A DNA stretch of 64,000 nucleotides, taken from assembly GCA_934085585.1 (NCBI GenBank), contig CAKOHI010000001.1, positions 76,172 through 140,171 of the forward strand, read 5' to 3'. Below the pieces are notes generated by a model. It searched no databases. It was not told where the DNA came from and worked only from the letters and a program-made list of their open reading frames with translations. Of the stretch, positions 9,783 to 19,588 are shown piece after piece. The stretch is from an uncultured Bacilli bacterium. GTDB lineage: Bacteria > Bacillota_I > Bacilli_A > RF39 > UBA660. Numbering within the stretch: the first letter of the stretch is position 1; every line of letters starts with the position of its first letter. Both the position numbers and the translations under genes were made by a program.

Positions 9783-10211
9783 ATGTTTAGAATTAGTAAT
9801 AATACCCTTTTTATAGAGTTTAATGGCTATGAAACAGTAGTTAAAGAAATTGATACTGATTATAATTTTGCGGGTAATTTAATTAATTCAATTTTAAATA
9901 TGAGTTGTATATATTATGGAAGTTCTTTAAAAGGAAGGATAAAGGGTAGTAAAAGTATTTTAGGTGGAAGTTATAAATTACCAATTATGATTAGTGAAAA
10001 AAATAATATTATATTCTTTCCCATTAAAGATCAAAAGAATTATACTTGGATTAATTTTAATAATGTAAAAAGTTTTGAAAAGATGGATAGTGGTATAAAT
10101 GTGGTATTTAAAAACGAATTAAAGAAGTTTTTTAATGTAAGTTCTACGATATTTAATAATCAATTATTAAAATCTAGTAGATTGTGGTTAGTTTATTTAA
10201 CAAGAGGGTAA
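9783..10211 (+). CDS. comK: ComK-family competence transcription factor homologue (compact, 142 aa)
   Basis: By-eye alignment to B. subtilis ComK: CIYYGSSLKGRIKGS...YKLPIMISEKNNIIFFP...YTWINFNNVKSFE...RLWLVYL matches CRFFGSSYAGRKAGT...HKPPIMVDPSNQIFLFP...CGWISHVHVKEFK...TAWLRTKF. Confidence 0.55.
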   Translation: MFRISNNTLFIEFNGYETVVKEIDTDYNFAGNLINSILNMSCIYYGSSLKGRIKGSKSILGGSYKLPIMISEKNNIIFFPIKDQKNYTWINFNNVKSFEKMDSGINVVFKNELKKFFNVSSTIFNNQLLKSSRLWLVYLTRG

Positions 10212-10324
10212 ATTTTTGTAAATTTTTCTTTTATTAGGGCATTTTTTATGGTATAATTATTATGTGTATAGGTATACCAAAATGCCTTAAATTTTTATTA
10301 TAGGGCAACAGAGGGGGTTATTTA

Positions 10325-11413
10325 ATGAAATTAGATAGTTTATCACTAATGAATTTTAGAAATTATGAATCATTAAATATCTCATTTGGAAATTTAAACA
10401 TTATATATGGGTTAAATGGAAGTGGTAAAACTAACATAATTGAAGCTATATATATGCTTGCACTAACTAAATCATTTAGAATAAATAATGAAAAAGTATT
10501 GATTAAGAAAGGAAAAATTAAAAGTAAAATTAAGGGAAATGTTTTTAAAAAAAATGATGAAAATGAGTTTGGAGTAGAAATTAGTAATGAAGGGAAAATA
10601 GTTACAATTAATGGGGAAAAACAAGATAAAATAAGTGATTATGTATCAAGAATAAATGTTATTTTGTTTAATCCGAGTGATACGAGATTAATAGATGATG
10701 CTCCTTGTGAAAGAAGAAAAATGCTTAATATTGAAATAAGTCAAATATATAAAGAGTATTTAATTATTTTGGCTAATTATCAGAAAATTTTAAAACAGCG
10801 TAATTTTTACTTAAGAGGTATGTATGTTAATGGTAATTATACTAGTACATATTTGGATATTCTTACTAAAAAGTTGATTGAATATGGGAAAAGTATTTGT
10901 AAGTATAGAGAAAATTTTATAGAAAATATAAATAAGTATATTACAAGTAATTATGAGAAAATATTTGGTAGTGGAACTTTAAAAATAAGATATGTATCAA
11001 CATTTAAAAATAAAGATGAAGATGCTTTGTTTAAAAGATATCAAGAAAATTATCAAAAAGAACTTGGGATTGGTAAGACTTTAGAGGGAATTCATCATGA
11101 TGATATTGTATTTGTTTTAGATAATAATAATTTAAAAGAATGGGGAAGTGAAGGGCAAAGAAAGAATGCTATTATTTCCTTTAAGTTAGCGGAAATTAAT
11201 GTTATTAATGATATAAAGGGTTACTATCCAATACTTATTTTAGATGATTTGTTTAGTGAGTTAGATAAGGAAAAGATTACTAATTTGTTGGGGATGCTTG
11301 ATAGAGATATTCAGACATTTATTACAACTACGGATATTAAAAATGTTAGTAAAAAAGTAATCAATGATGCTAAAAAATTTAAAGTAATTAATGGTATATT
11401 AGAGGAGGAGTAA
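10325..11413 (+). CDS. recF: DNA replication and repair protein RecF
   Basis: Walker A GLNGSGKTN near the N-terminus; SMC-like signature and Walker B ILILDD toward the C-terminus. Confidence 0.9.
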   Translation: MKLDSLSLMNFRNYESLNISFGNLNIIYGLNGSGKTNIIEAIYMLALTKSFRINNEKVLIKKGKIKSKIKGNVFKKNDENEFGVEISNEGKIVTINGEKQDKISDYVSRINVILFNPSDTRLIDDAPCERRKMLNIEISQIYKEYLIILANYQKILKQRNFYLRGMYVNGNYTSTYLDILTKKLIEYGKSICKYRENFIENINKYITSNYEKIFGSGTLKIRYVSTFKNKDEDALFKRYQENYQKELGIGKTLEGIHHDDIVFVLDNNNLKEWGSEGQRKNAIISFKLAEINVINDIKGYYPILILDDLFSELDKEKITNLLGMLDRDIQTFITTTDIKNVSKKVINDAKKFKVINGILEEE

Positions 11414-11416
11414 AAA

Positions 11417-13339
11417 ATGAAAGAAACACATTATACTGATAGTGATATACAGGTTTTGGAAGGACTTGAAGCAGTTAGAAAAAGACCTGGTATGTATATA
11501 GGATCAACTGGTGAGCGAGGTTTACATCATTTAGTTTGGGAAATTGTGGATAATGCAGTTGATGAAGCTTTAGCTGGTTTTTGTGATGATATTGAGGTTA
11601 TGATTAATAAAGGCGATATTATTGAAATAAGAGATGATGGTAGAGGTATACCAACAGGTATTAATGCTAAAACTGGGTTATCAACAGTTGAAACAATATT
11701 TACTGTACTTCATGCTGGTGGTAAATTTGGTGGTGAAGGTTATAAAGTTTCTGGGGGACTTCATGGTGTTGGGGCTAGTGTTGTTAATGCTTTGTCTAAA
11801 TGGCTTGAAGTTAAGATTTATCGTGATGGGAATGTATACTATCAAAGATTTGAAAATGGTGGACATCCAGTTGAACCATTAAAAATTATTGATACTTGTG
11901 ATATTGAAAGAACAGGTAGTACGGTTAGATTTAAACCTGATGAAGAAATATTTACGGAAACAACTGTATATAACTATGATACTTTATATAAAAGATTACA
12001 AGAAATTGCATTTTTAAATAAGGGATTAAGAATTAATTTATATGATTTAAGAGAAACAGTAGAAAAACATGATACTTTCCTTTATAATGGAGGGATTATT
12101 GAATACGTTGAAATGCTTAATAAGAGTAAGACTCCGATTCATGATGATATAATTTATATGGATGGTTCTGAAAATGGTATTGAAGTTGAAGTTGCTTGTC
12201 AATATAATGAAACTTATTCACCAAGTATTTATTCATTTACTAATAATATTAATACTTATGAGGGCGGTACTCATGAAGATGGAGTTAAAGCTGCCTTAAC
12301 TAAAGTTATCAATAGTTATGCTAAAAATGCAAAGATTTTAAAAGAAAATGATGCTGCTTTAATTGGGGAAGATTGTCGCGAAGGTTTAACAATGATTATT
12401 TCTTGTAAGCATCCAGATCCTCAATTTGAAGGACAAACTAAGACTAAGTTAGGTAATAGTGAAGTTAGAAAAATAGCAAGTGATGTATTTTCACAAGGTT
12501 TCGAAAGATTTTTAATGGAAAATCCTAATGAAGCTAGAACTATTGTGGAAAAATGTATTAGTGCTTCACGTGGTAGAATTGCAGCTAAAAAAGCAAGAGA
12601 AGCAACAAGAAGAAAAAGTGATTTAGATATAGTTAACTTTGGTGGAAAACTAGTTGATTGTAAGGAAAAAGATCCAAGTGTTTGTGAAATATTTTTAGTC
12701 GAAGGGGATAGTGCAGGTGGTTCTGCAATTAAGGGAAGAAATAGTATGACACAAGCTATACTTCCTTTGAAAGGTAAAGTATTAAATGTTGAAAAAGCAA
12801 GACTTGATAGAGCTTTAAGTAATGATGAGATTAAAACAATTATTACGGCTTTTGGTACTGGAATTGGACAAGAATTTGATTTAAGTAAAATGAGATATCA
12901 TAAAGTTATTATCATGAGTGATGCCGATGTCGATGGTTCTCATATTAGAGTACTTCTTTTAACATTATTTTATCGTTTCTTTAAACCAATTGTAGAAGCA
13001 GGTTATGTTTATGCTGCTCAACCACCTTTATATTGTATTAAACATGGACAAACTATTAAATATGTTTTAAATGATGATGAAAGAGATGAATATATCAAAA
13101 CATTAAATGAAAAAAATGTTAGATATGATATAGCAAGAATGAAAGGTTTAGGGGAAATGGATGCTGAAGAATTAAATGAAACCACTATGGATATAGATCA
13201 TAGAATTCTTCGTAAAATAACTGTTGATGATGCTATTAGTGCTGATGCAGCATTTAGTAAATTAATGGGTGAAGAAGTTGAACCTAGACGTAAGTTTATT
13301 GAAGAAAATGCAACTTATGCAAAGAATTTGGATTTTTAG
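11417..13339 (+). CDS. gyrB: DNA gyrase subunit B
   Basis: GHKL ATPase motifs ([24 protein letters not shown]), the TOPRIM motif EGDSAGG and the conserved gyrB tail. Confidence 0.95.
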   Translation: MKETHYTDSDIQVLEGLEAVRKRPGMYIGSTGERGLHHLVWEIVDNAVDEALAGFCDDIEVMINKGDIIEIRDDGRGIPTGINAKTGLSTVETIFTVLHAGGKFGGEGYKVSGGLHGVGASVVNALSKWLEVKIYRDGNVYYQRFENGGHPVEPLKIIDTCDIERTGSTVRFKPDEEIFTETTVYNYDTLYKRLQEIAFLNKGLRINLYDLRETVEKHDTFLYNGGIIEYVEMLNKSKTPIHDDIIYMDGSENGIEVEVACQYNETYSPSIYSFTNNINTYEGGTHEDGVKAALTKVINSYAKNAKILKENDAALIGEDCREGLTMIISCKHPDPQFEGQTKTKLGNSEVRKIASDVFSQGFERFLMENPNEARTIVEKCISASRGRIAAKKAREATRRKSDLDIVNFGGKLVDCKEKDPSVCEIFLVEGDSAGGSAIKGRNSMTQAILPLKGKVLNVEKARLDRALSNDEIKTIITAFGTGIGQEFDLSKMRYHKVIIMSDADVDGSHIRVLLLTLFYRFFKPIVEAGYVYAAQPPLYCIKHGQTIKYVLNDDERDEYIKTLNEKNVRYDIARMKGLGEMDAEELNETTMDIDHRILRKITVDDAISADAAFSKLMGEEVEPRRKFIEENATYAKNLDF

Positions 13340-13348
13340 GAGGTTAAT

Positions 13349-15859
13349 ATGGATCATAGTAGAGATAGATTACAAGAAAATAATATTGTAAGTGAAATTG
13401 AATCATCTTTTATTGAATATTCAATGAGCGTTATTATTTCCAGAGCTTTACCAGATTTAAGGGATGGTTTAAAGCCAGTTCATAGAAGAATTATTTATGA
13501 TATGTTGGAAAATGGTTTAACACCAGATAAAAAGCATCGTAAGAGTGCGACGATAGTTGGGGATGTTATGGGGAAATATCATCCACATGGAGACTCATCA
13601 ATATATGATGCTATGGTAAGAATGGCACAAGACTTTAATTATCGTTATTTACTTGTTGATGGACACGGTAACTTTGGTAATATTGAATATCCTAGAGCAG
13701 CTGCTTATCGTTATACTGAAAGTAAGTTAGCAAAGATATCAATGGAACTTTTAAGAGATATCAACAAAAATACGGTTAATTTTGTACCAAATTATGATGA
13801 ATCAACTGAAGAACCTGAAGTTTTACCTTCAAGATTTCCAAATATTTTAGTTAATGGAACAATGGGGATTGCTGTAGGTATGGCAACAAATATTCCTCCA
13901 CATAATTTAGGTGAAGTTATTGATGGATGTATTGCTTATATAGATAATCCTGAAATTACGACAGAAGAATTAATGCAACATATTAAGGGTCCAGATTTTC
14001 CAACTGGTGGTATTATTCTAGGTAATTCTGGGATAAAGAAAGCTTATGAAACTGGTAGAGGATCAATAACTATTAGAAGTAAAGCAACAATTGAAGAAAA
14101 GAATGGTAGACATTACATTGTTATTGAAGAAGTACCTTATGGAGTTAATACTCTAGATTTAAAACAAAAAGTTGCGGATTTAGTACATAATAAAATACTT
14201 GAAGGTATTACTGATTATCATACTGATTTAAAAGATGGTATTAAGATTACTATAACACTTAAAAAAGATGCTAATCCTCAAGTAGTATTAAATAATTTAT
14301 ATAAACATACGGCTTTTCAAACAACTTTTGGTATTATCTTCTTAATGCTTGATAAACAAACACCTAGAACTTTAGGTTTAAAAGATATTATTAGTAAATA
14401 TGTAGATTATCAACAAGAAGTTATTATTAGAAGAACTCAATTTGAATTAGATAAAGCTGAAAAGAGAGTACATATCTTAGAAGGTTACCAAATTGTATTT
14501 GATAATTTAGATGAAGTTATTAAGATTATTAAAGAATCTAAAGCTGATGGTGAAGCAAAAGCTAAATTAATGGAACGTTTTGGATTAACTGAAGCTCAAA
14601 CTGATAATATTCTAGAAATGAAATTACGTCGTTTAACGGGTCTAGAACGTGAAAAGATTGAAGAAGAATTAAATGCTTTAAGAATTGAAATAGAACGCTT
14701 ACGTGGCATTTTAGCGGATAATAATAAGGTATTAGGTATTATTAAAGACGAAATGACTGAGATTAAGAATAAATATGGTGATGAAAGACGTACAAAAATT
14801 GATATGACTGCGGTTGATTATATTGAAGATGAATCATTAATTCCAGAAGAAAATATCTTGGTAGTACTTACTAACAAAGGTTATATTAAGAGAACTACAT
14901 CTGATACATTTAAGTCACAAAATCGTGGTGGCGTTGGAATCAAGGGAATGACTACGAATGATGAAGACTTTGTTGAACACATGATTAACTTATCAACACA
15001 TGATTATATTTTATTCTTTACTGATAAAGGTAAAGTCTATAGATTAAAAGGTTATGAAATTCCTGAATTCTCACGTCAATCAAAAGGAATTCCAATTGTT
15101 AACTTACTTCAAGTAGAAAAAGATGAAAGAGTTAATGCTGTTATCCAAATAAATCGTGAAGAAGAATGTAAATACTTATTATTTGCTACTGAAGGCGGAG
15201 TTGTTAAGAAAACATTAATTAGTGAATTTGCTAATATTAGAAATAGTGGTAAGATTTGTATCTCATTAAGAGATAATGATAAATTGATTGATGTTAAAAA
15301 AACAACTGGTAATGATTTAGTTCTTTTAGGTAGTGATAATGGAAGAATGGTTAAGTTTAATGAAGAAGAAATCAGAGTAATGGGACGTACAGCTTCAGGT
15401 GTTCGTGGTATTTCATTAGATGGAAGTAAGTGTATTTGTTCTGAAATTGTTAAAGAGGATGATACTATATTGCTTGTTACTGAAAAAGGTTTTGGTAAAC
15501 AAACAAAGGTAAGTGAATATCGTCAAACAAGAAGAGGTTCTAAAGGCGTTAAAGCTATGAATATTACGGAAAAGAACGGAAATCTTGTTAGTGTTAAAAT
15601 AGTTTATGAAAATAAAGAACTTGTTTTAATGACTAATTCAGGTATGACCATGAGAATGCCACTTGATCAAATATCATTATTAGGTCGTGTAACTCAAGGA
15701 TTAAGACTTATTAATTTAAAAGATAATCAAAAGGTTTCTACGATAAGTTTAGTAGATAAAGAAGAAAATGAACCTGAAAATACTACTGAACAAAGTGAAA
15801 ATGTTGCTAATGAAAATATGGAAACAGCGGATAGTATACAAAATAATGAGACTGAATAA
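13349..15859 (+). CDS. gyrA: DNA gyrase subunit A
   Basis: Active-site region AAYRYTE, a quinolone-resistance-determining region, and the C-terminal beta-pinwheel repeats. Confidence 0.95.
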   Translation: MDHSRDRLQENNIVSEIESSFIEYSMSVIISRALPDLRDGLKPVHRRIIYDMLENGLTPDKKHRKSATIVGDVMGKYHPHGDSSIYDAMVRMAQDFNYRYLLVDGHGNFGNIEYPRAAAYRYTESKLAKISMELLRDINKNTVNFVPNYDESTEEPEVLPSRFPNILVNGTMGIAVGMATNIPPHNLGEVIDGCIAYIDNPEITTEELMQHIKGPDFPTGGIILGNSGIKKAYETGRGSITIRSKATIEEKNGRHYIVIEEVPYGVNTLDLKQKVADLVHNKILEGITDYHTDLKDGIKITITLKKDANPQVVLNNLYKHTAFQTTFGIIFLMLDKQTPRTLGLKDIISKYVDYQQEVIIRRTQFELDKAEKRVHILEGYQIVFDNLDEVIKIIKESKADGEAKAKLMERFGLTEAQTDNILEMKLRRLTGLEREKIEEELNALRIEIERLRGILADNNKVLGIIKDEMTEIKNKYGDERRTKIDMTAVDYIEDESLIPEENILVVLTNKGYIKRTTSDTFKSQNRGGVGIKGMTTNDEDFVEHMINLSTHDYILFFTDKGKVYRLKGYEIPEFSRQSKGIPIVNLLQVEKDERVNAVIQINREEECKYLLFATEGGVVKKTLISEFANIRNSGKICISLRDNDKLIDVKKTTGNDLVLLGSDNGRMVKFNEEEIRVMGRTASGVRGISLDGSKCICSEIVKEDDTILLVTEKGFGKQTKVSEYRQTRRGSKGVKAMNITEKNGNLVSVKIVYENKELVLMTNSGMTMRMPLDQISLLGRVTQGLRLINLKDNQKVSTISLVDKEENEPENTTEQSENVANENMETADSIQNNETE

Positions 15860-15983
15860 GTCTTTTTATTTTTGAATTTATAGTATATACAATGTGTATA
15901 CTTAATAAATTTAATTTTTTGATAATATTTATAATCACTAATAAATATTATTGTAAGTATATTATATAGAATTATATATTTAT

Positions 15984-16759
15984 TGTTTCACGTGGAACAT
16001 AATGTTAGTAATAATTTTGTAATTTTTATATTTTAGTTATTATAAAATAATTTTATAATTAATTAAATTTTTTTAATTTAAAAATAATTTATATGTTTCA
16101 CGTGAAACATAGTGTTGATAACTTGTGAAATATTTATAATTTTTAATTTATTTATTTTTTTGATTATTATTAATAACAATGATGGATATGATGTTTCACG
16201 TGAAACATCATGTTGATAATTTGTTATTTTATATTAATAATTGTATGTTTTTTGATAATTATTAATTATTATTGATTATTATTTTGAAATGTTTCACGTG
16301 AAACATTGTTGATAAGTAGTTGATATTAATTAATTGGATTTTTTTAATATGATTGATTATAATTTTGCTTCATATACGTTTCACGTGGAACATAATGTTT
16401 ATAGTTTGTTTTTAAAAGTAATAGATTTTATCTTTAAATAATTTGGATTTGTCTATTTTTATTTATATTTACTATGTTCCACGTGAAACATAGTGTTAAT
16501 AATTTGTTAATTACTAGCATATTATAATAAACTAATACTCCTTTATTACAATTTTATAGGTAAATTAAGTGATGTTTCACGTGAAACATCATGTTGATAA
16601 AAAGTTTATTAATTTTAAATAGATCACGCAAATAAATTATATTGTTATCTAATAGCTATGTTCCACGTGAAACATTGTTAATAAATTGTTTATAAAATGA
16701 AGTCAATTTTATTAAGTTTGTTAATATGAAATTTATAAGTATATGTTTCACGTGGAACA
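15984..16759. repeat. tandem array of nine parS (ParB/Spo0J-binding) palindromes, each adjacent to a DnaA-box-like 9-mer
   Basis: 16-mers at 15984-15999, 16093-16108, 16192-16207, 16290-16305, 16377-16392, 16475-16490, 16573-16588, 16659-16674 and 16744-16759; all match TGTTNCACGTGAAACA or its reverse complement; the site at 16475-16490 is the exact B. subtilis consensus TGTTCCACGTGAAACA; the site at 16377-16392 has C in place of T at position 1; spacing 84-118 bp. Confidence 0.8.
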
Positions 16760-16984
16760 TTATATTTATAGAAGCTAGTATAATAAAGTGCCAAACAAAT
16801 GTTTGAAATAGATAAAAGCTATCTTGGGAAATGTTTGGTTGACATAATATTTTTATGAGTATTTAAAAAAATAGGAAATATTTAAAAATTATATTTTGGT
16901 TTTTGTAAGGTTAAATAAGGGATTTATGAAGATTTTGTTAATAGAAAAAATTAATATAATTTAATATTTGATTTTTATTAAAAT

Positions 16985-16998
16985 TATTTCCCGGGAAA
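16985..16998. promoter_or_regulatory. Noc-binding-site-like palindrome ATTTCCCGGGAAAT
   Basis: Perfect 14-bp palindrome identical to the B. subtilis NBS consensus; it extends to an 18-bp palindrome TTATTTCCCGGGAAATAA at 16983-17000. Confidence 0.5.
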
Positions 16999-17104
16999 TA
17001 ATTAGTTAACATAATATTTTTGTCGTTTTATGTGTTTTTGGTGATATTTATTGAGATTTTAGGTTACTTTGCTAAATTTAAAAATGAGTTATTAACAAAT
17101 AATC

Positions 17105-17133
17105 TTGACAGTTATTATATTATTTGGTAAGAT
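17105..17133 (+). promoter_or_regulatory. sigma-A-type promoter for ffs
   Basis: TTGACA, a 17-bp spacer, then TAAGAT; a transcription start around 17140 matches the SRP RNA 5' end. Confidence 0.6.
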
Positions 17134-17139
17134 GTAAAC

Positions 17140-17218
17140 GTGCAACAAATATGCTGTAAATTGGTCAGGATTGGAAAATAGCAGCCACATCAGCCTATGT
17201 TTGTGTGCACTTTTTTTT
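17140..17218 (+). ncRNA. ffs: signal recognition particle RNA (4.5S/small SRP RNA)
   Basis: Domain IV motif GGTCAGGATTGGAAAATAGCAGCC (compare E. coli GGUCAGGUCCGGAAGGAAGCAGCC); terminal helix GUGCAACAAAUAUGCUG paired with CAGCCUAUGUUUGUGUGCAC; U-run; consensus promoter upstream. Confidence 0.75.
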
Positions 17219-17228
17219 GGAGGAAATT

Positions 17229-17651
17229 ATGAATAACAATTATTTAGAAAAATTAATAGAATTAGCTAGTAAATCATTAGAAACAGATGATGTTCCGATT
17301 GGAGCTATTATAGTAAAAAATGATAACATAATTGCAGAAGGGGTTAATACCCGTCAAAAAGATCAAAATATATTGGGCCATGCTGAAATTAATGCAATTT
17401 TGCAAGCTCAAAAAATAATTAATAATTGGAATTTAAGTGATTGTGATTTGTATGTAACATTAAAGCCTTGTTCAATGTGTATGGAAATAATCAAACAAAG
17501 TAGACTTAAAACTGTTTATTATTTATTGGATAAACCTAGTTATAAGAAAGAATTTTATAAAACTGAAATAAAAGAAATAGATAATTTAGAAATAAAAGAA
17601 ATGTATGCTAAAAAATTAAGTGATTTTTTTAAAAAAATGAGAGAAAAGTAG
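17229..17651 (+). CDS. tadA: tRNA-specific adenosine deaminase TadA
   Basis: CDA zinc motifs HAEINAI and PCSMC; GGAGG RBS before MNNNYLEK, while the ORF-track start lies upstream inside the ffs terminator. Confidence 0.85.
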   Translation: MNNNYLEKLIELASKSLETDDVPIGAIIVKNDNIIAEGVNTRQKDQNILGHAEINAILQAQKIINNWNLSDCDLYVTLKPCSMCMEIIKQSRLKTVYYLLDKPSYKKEFYKTEIKEIDNLEIKEMYAKKLSDFFKKMREK

Positions 17652-17686
17652 AAGTATTTATGGTATAATGTATAGGGAGGTTTCTA

Positions 17687-19270
17687 ATGAATTACAAAGT
17701 TTTATATAGAAAATATCGACCTGATGGATTTGATACATTAATTGGTCAAAAACATGTTGTAGAAATATTGAAAAATTCTATTAAAGAAAACAAAATAGCT
17801 CATGCATATTTATTTTCTGGTCCAAGGGGGACAGGAAAAACATCTACGGCAAGAATTCTTGCAAAATCTATTAATTGTTTAAATCCCAAAAATGGAACAG
17901 CTTGTGAAGAATGCGAAAACTGTCTATCTTTTAATGGAAATCCAGATATAATTGAAATTGATGCAGCTTCAAATAATGGAGTAGATGAAATTAGAGAACT
18001 AATAAATAACGTTAAAATAATGCCAACAAGTTTAAAATATAAAGTATATATTATAGATGAAGTTCATATGTTAAGTCAAAGTGCTTTTAATGCTTTATTA
18101 TTAACTTTGGAAGAGCCACCGGAACATGTTATATTCATACTTGCTACGACAAATTTAGAAAGTGTTCCAATAACTATTGTATCTAGATGTCAAAGATTTG
18201 AATTTCATAGAATTAATGAACATGATATCATTGATAGATTAAAATATATTTGCGATAAAGAAAATATTAAATATGAAGAAGATGGGTTAAAAGAAATATC
18301 AGTTTTGGCTGATGGAGGACTTCGCGATGCCCTTAGTATTTTGGATCAATTATCAAAAAGTGATGAAGTTATTACAAGTACGTTAGTTTCTAATGAAGTT
18401 GGAAGTATTTCAAACAAAAAAATATCAGATTTAATAGAGAATTTGAATGATAATGAAATAGAAAATATAAATAAAATATTTAATGAGTTAGAAAGTGCTA
18501 ATTTAAGTTATAAAGTATTTGTAAAAAAATTAATATTAAGTTTAAGTGAATATAGTATTAAATTATTAGAAGATCCTGATCAATCTAGATTAAGTTTTGA
18601 TGATTGTAAAAATATTGTTATAGAATTAAATGATATTTTAATGAAAATTAATATAAGTGTTAACCCTTATTTAATAATAAAAATGATTTTTTTAAGTTAT
18701 ACAAAAAATGCAAAAATAGAGATAAATAAATCAGAAAAAAATATAAAAAGTAACGTCGAAAATTTGGCTGAAGTTCCAAGAAAAACTGAAGTAAAAAATG
18801 AAAAAAAATTAATAAAAAATGATGTTATGCAAATGGTGGATATTAGAATAAATAATTGTTTTGTAAATGCCACTAAAAATTATTTAAATGAAGTAAAGGA
18901 AAAATGGAATAATTTTGTTAGTGAGACAGAAGATGCTATTATAAAAGGGTTAGTAAGTGATACATTGATCGTGGCCGCTTCTGATAATTATGCAATTGTT
19001 GAAGTTACAATTCCACATAAAGATGAAGAATTGAATGATTCTATAGAAAAATTAGAAAATATGTTTAGTGAATTAAATAAAATGTATTATAAATTTGTTT
19101 TTATAGATGAAAGAAAGTGGAATGAAGAAAAAGGAAAATATATTAAAAATTTAAGAAATGGCTATAAATATGAGCTTATACCAGAAAATAAAAAAGTAGA
19201 AGATAAAAATGAATTAGATATATCTGATGTTGCGGATATATTTGATATAGAAAAAATTGAAATTGAATAA
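17687..19270 (+). CDS. dnaX: DNA polymerase III subunit tau/gamma
   Basis: AAA+ motif GPRGTGKTS, a CxxC zinc module, and Walker B/sensor motif IIDEVHML. Confidence 0.9.
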   Translation: MNYKVLYRKYRPDGFDTLIGQKHVVEILKNSIKENKIAHAYLFSGPRGTGKTSTARILAKSINCLNPKNGTACEECENCLSFNGNPDIIEIDAASNNGVDEIRELINNVKIMPTSLKYKVYIIDEVHMLSQSAFNALLLTLEEPPEHVIFILATTNLESVPITIVSRCQRFEFHRINEHDIIDRLKYICDKENIKYEEDGLKEISVLADGGLRDALSILDQLSKSDEVITSTLVSNEVGSISNKKISDLIENLNDNEIENINKIFNELESANLSYKVFVKKLILSLSEYSIKLLEDPDQSRLSFDDCKNIVIELNDILMKINISVNPYLIIKMIFLSYTKNAKIEINKSEKNIKSNVENLAEVPRKTEVKNEKKLIKNDVMQMVDIRINNCFVNATKNYLNEVKEKWNNFVSETEDAIIKGLVSDTLIVAASDNYAIVEVTIPHKDEELNDSIEKLENMFSELNKMYYKFVFIDERKWNEEKGKYIKNLRNGYKYELIPENKKVEDKNELDISDVADIFDIEKIEIE

Positions 19271-19289
19271 TGAATGGAGGAATTAATTT

Positions 19290-19586
19290 ATGAATATGCA
19301 ACAAATAATGCAACAAGCACAAAGAATGCAAAGAGAAATAACAAAGAAAAAAGAAGAAATTGACAATACTGATTTTAGTGGTAAATCAGAATGGGTAGAA
19401 ATAGTATTTAATGGGAAAAGAGAAATAAAATCTTTTAAAATCTTAAAAGATGGTGTTATTGATGCTGATGATAAAGAAATGCTTGAAGATATGATTATGA
19501 TAGCAATTAAGGATGCTTTTTCAAAAATTGATAAAGAAACTGAAAGTAAACTTGGTAATTATGCTTCAATGAGTGGATTATTTTAA
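19290..19586 (+). CDS. ybaB: nucleoid-associated protein YbaB/EbfC
   Basis: 98-aa protein between dnaX and recR with a typical MNMQQIMQQAQRMQ start. Confidence 0.85.
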   Translation: MNMQQIMQQAQRMQREITKKKEEIDNTDFSGKSEWVEIVFNGKREIKSFKILKDGVIDADDKEMLEDMIMIAIKDAFSKIDKETESKLGNYASMSGLF

Positions 19587-19588
19587 AA

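Noticed and set aside
11634-11882. Small ORFs on both strands inside gyrB
   Set aside because: Embedded in the well-supported gyrB frame; they are frame artefacts.
15868-15890. Inverted repeat GTATACAatgTGTATAC after gyrA as a possible terminator
   Set aside because: It is a 7-bp AT-rich stem with no U-run; it may be a protein-binding palindrome, but the evidence is insufficient to call a feature.
15984-16759. Possible CRISPR array (regularly spaced repeats with unique spacers)
   Set aside because: The repeat is a 16-18-bp perfect palindrome identical to parS, spacers are 66-100 bp and AT-rich rather than 30-40 bp, and there are no cas genes nearby.
17205-17228. ORF-track N-terminal extension of tadA (MHFFLEEI)
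   Set aside because: The extension overlaps the ffs terminator stem and U-run; the GGAGG RBS supports the downstream ATG at 17229.
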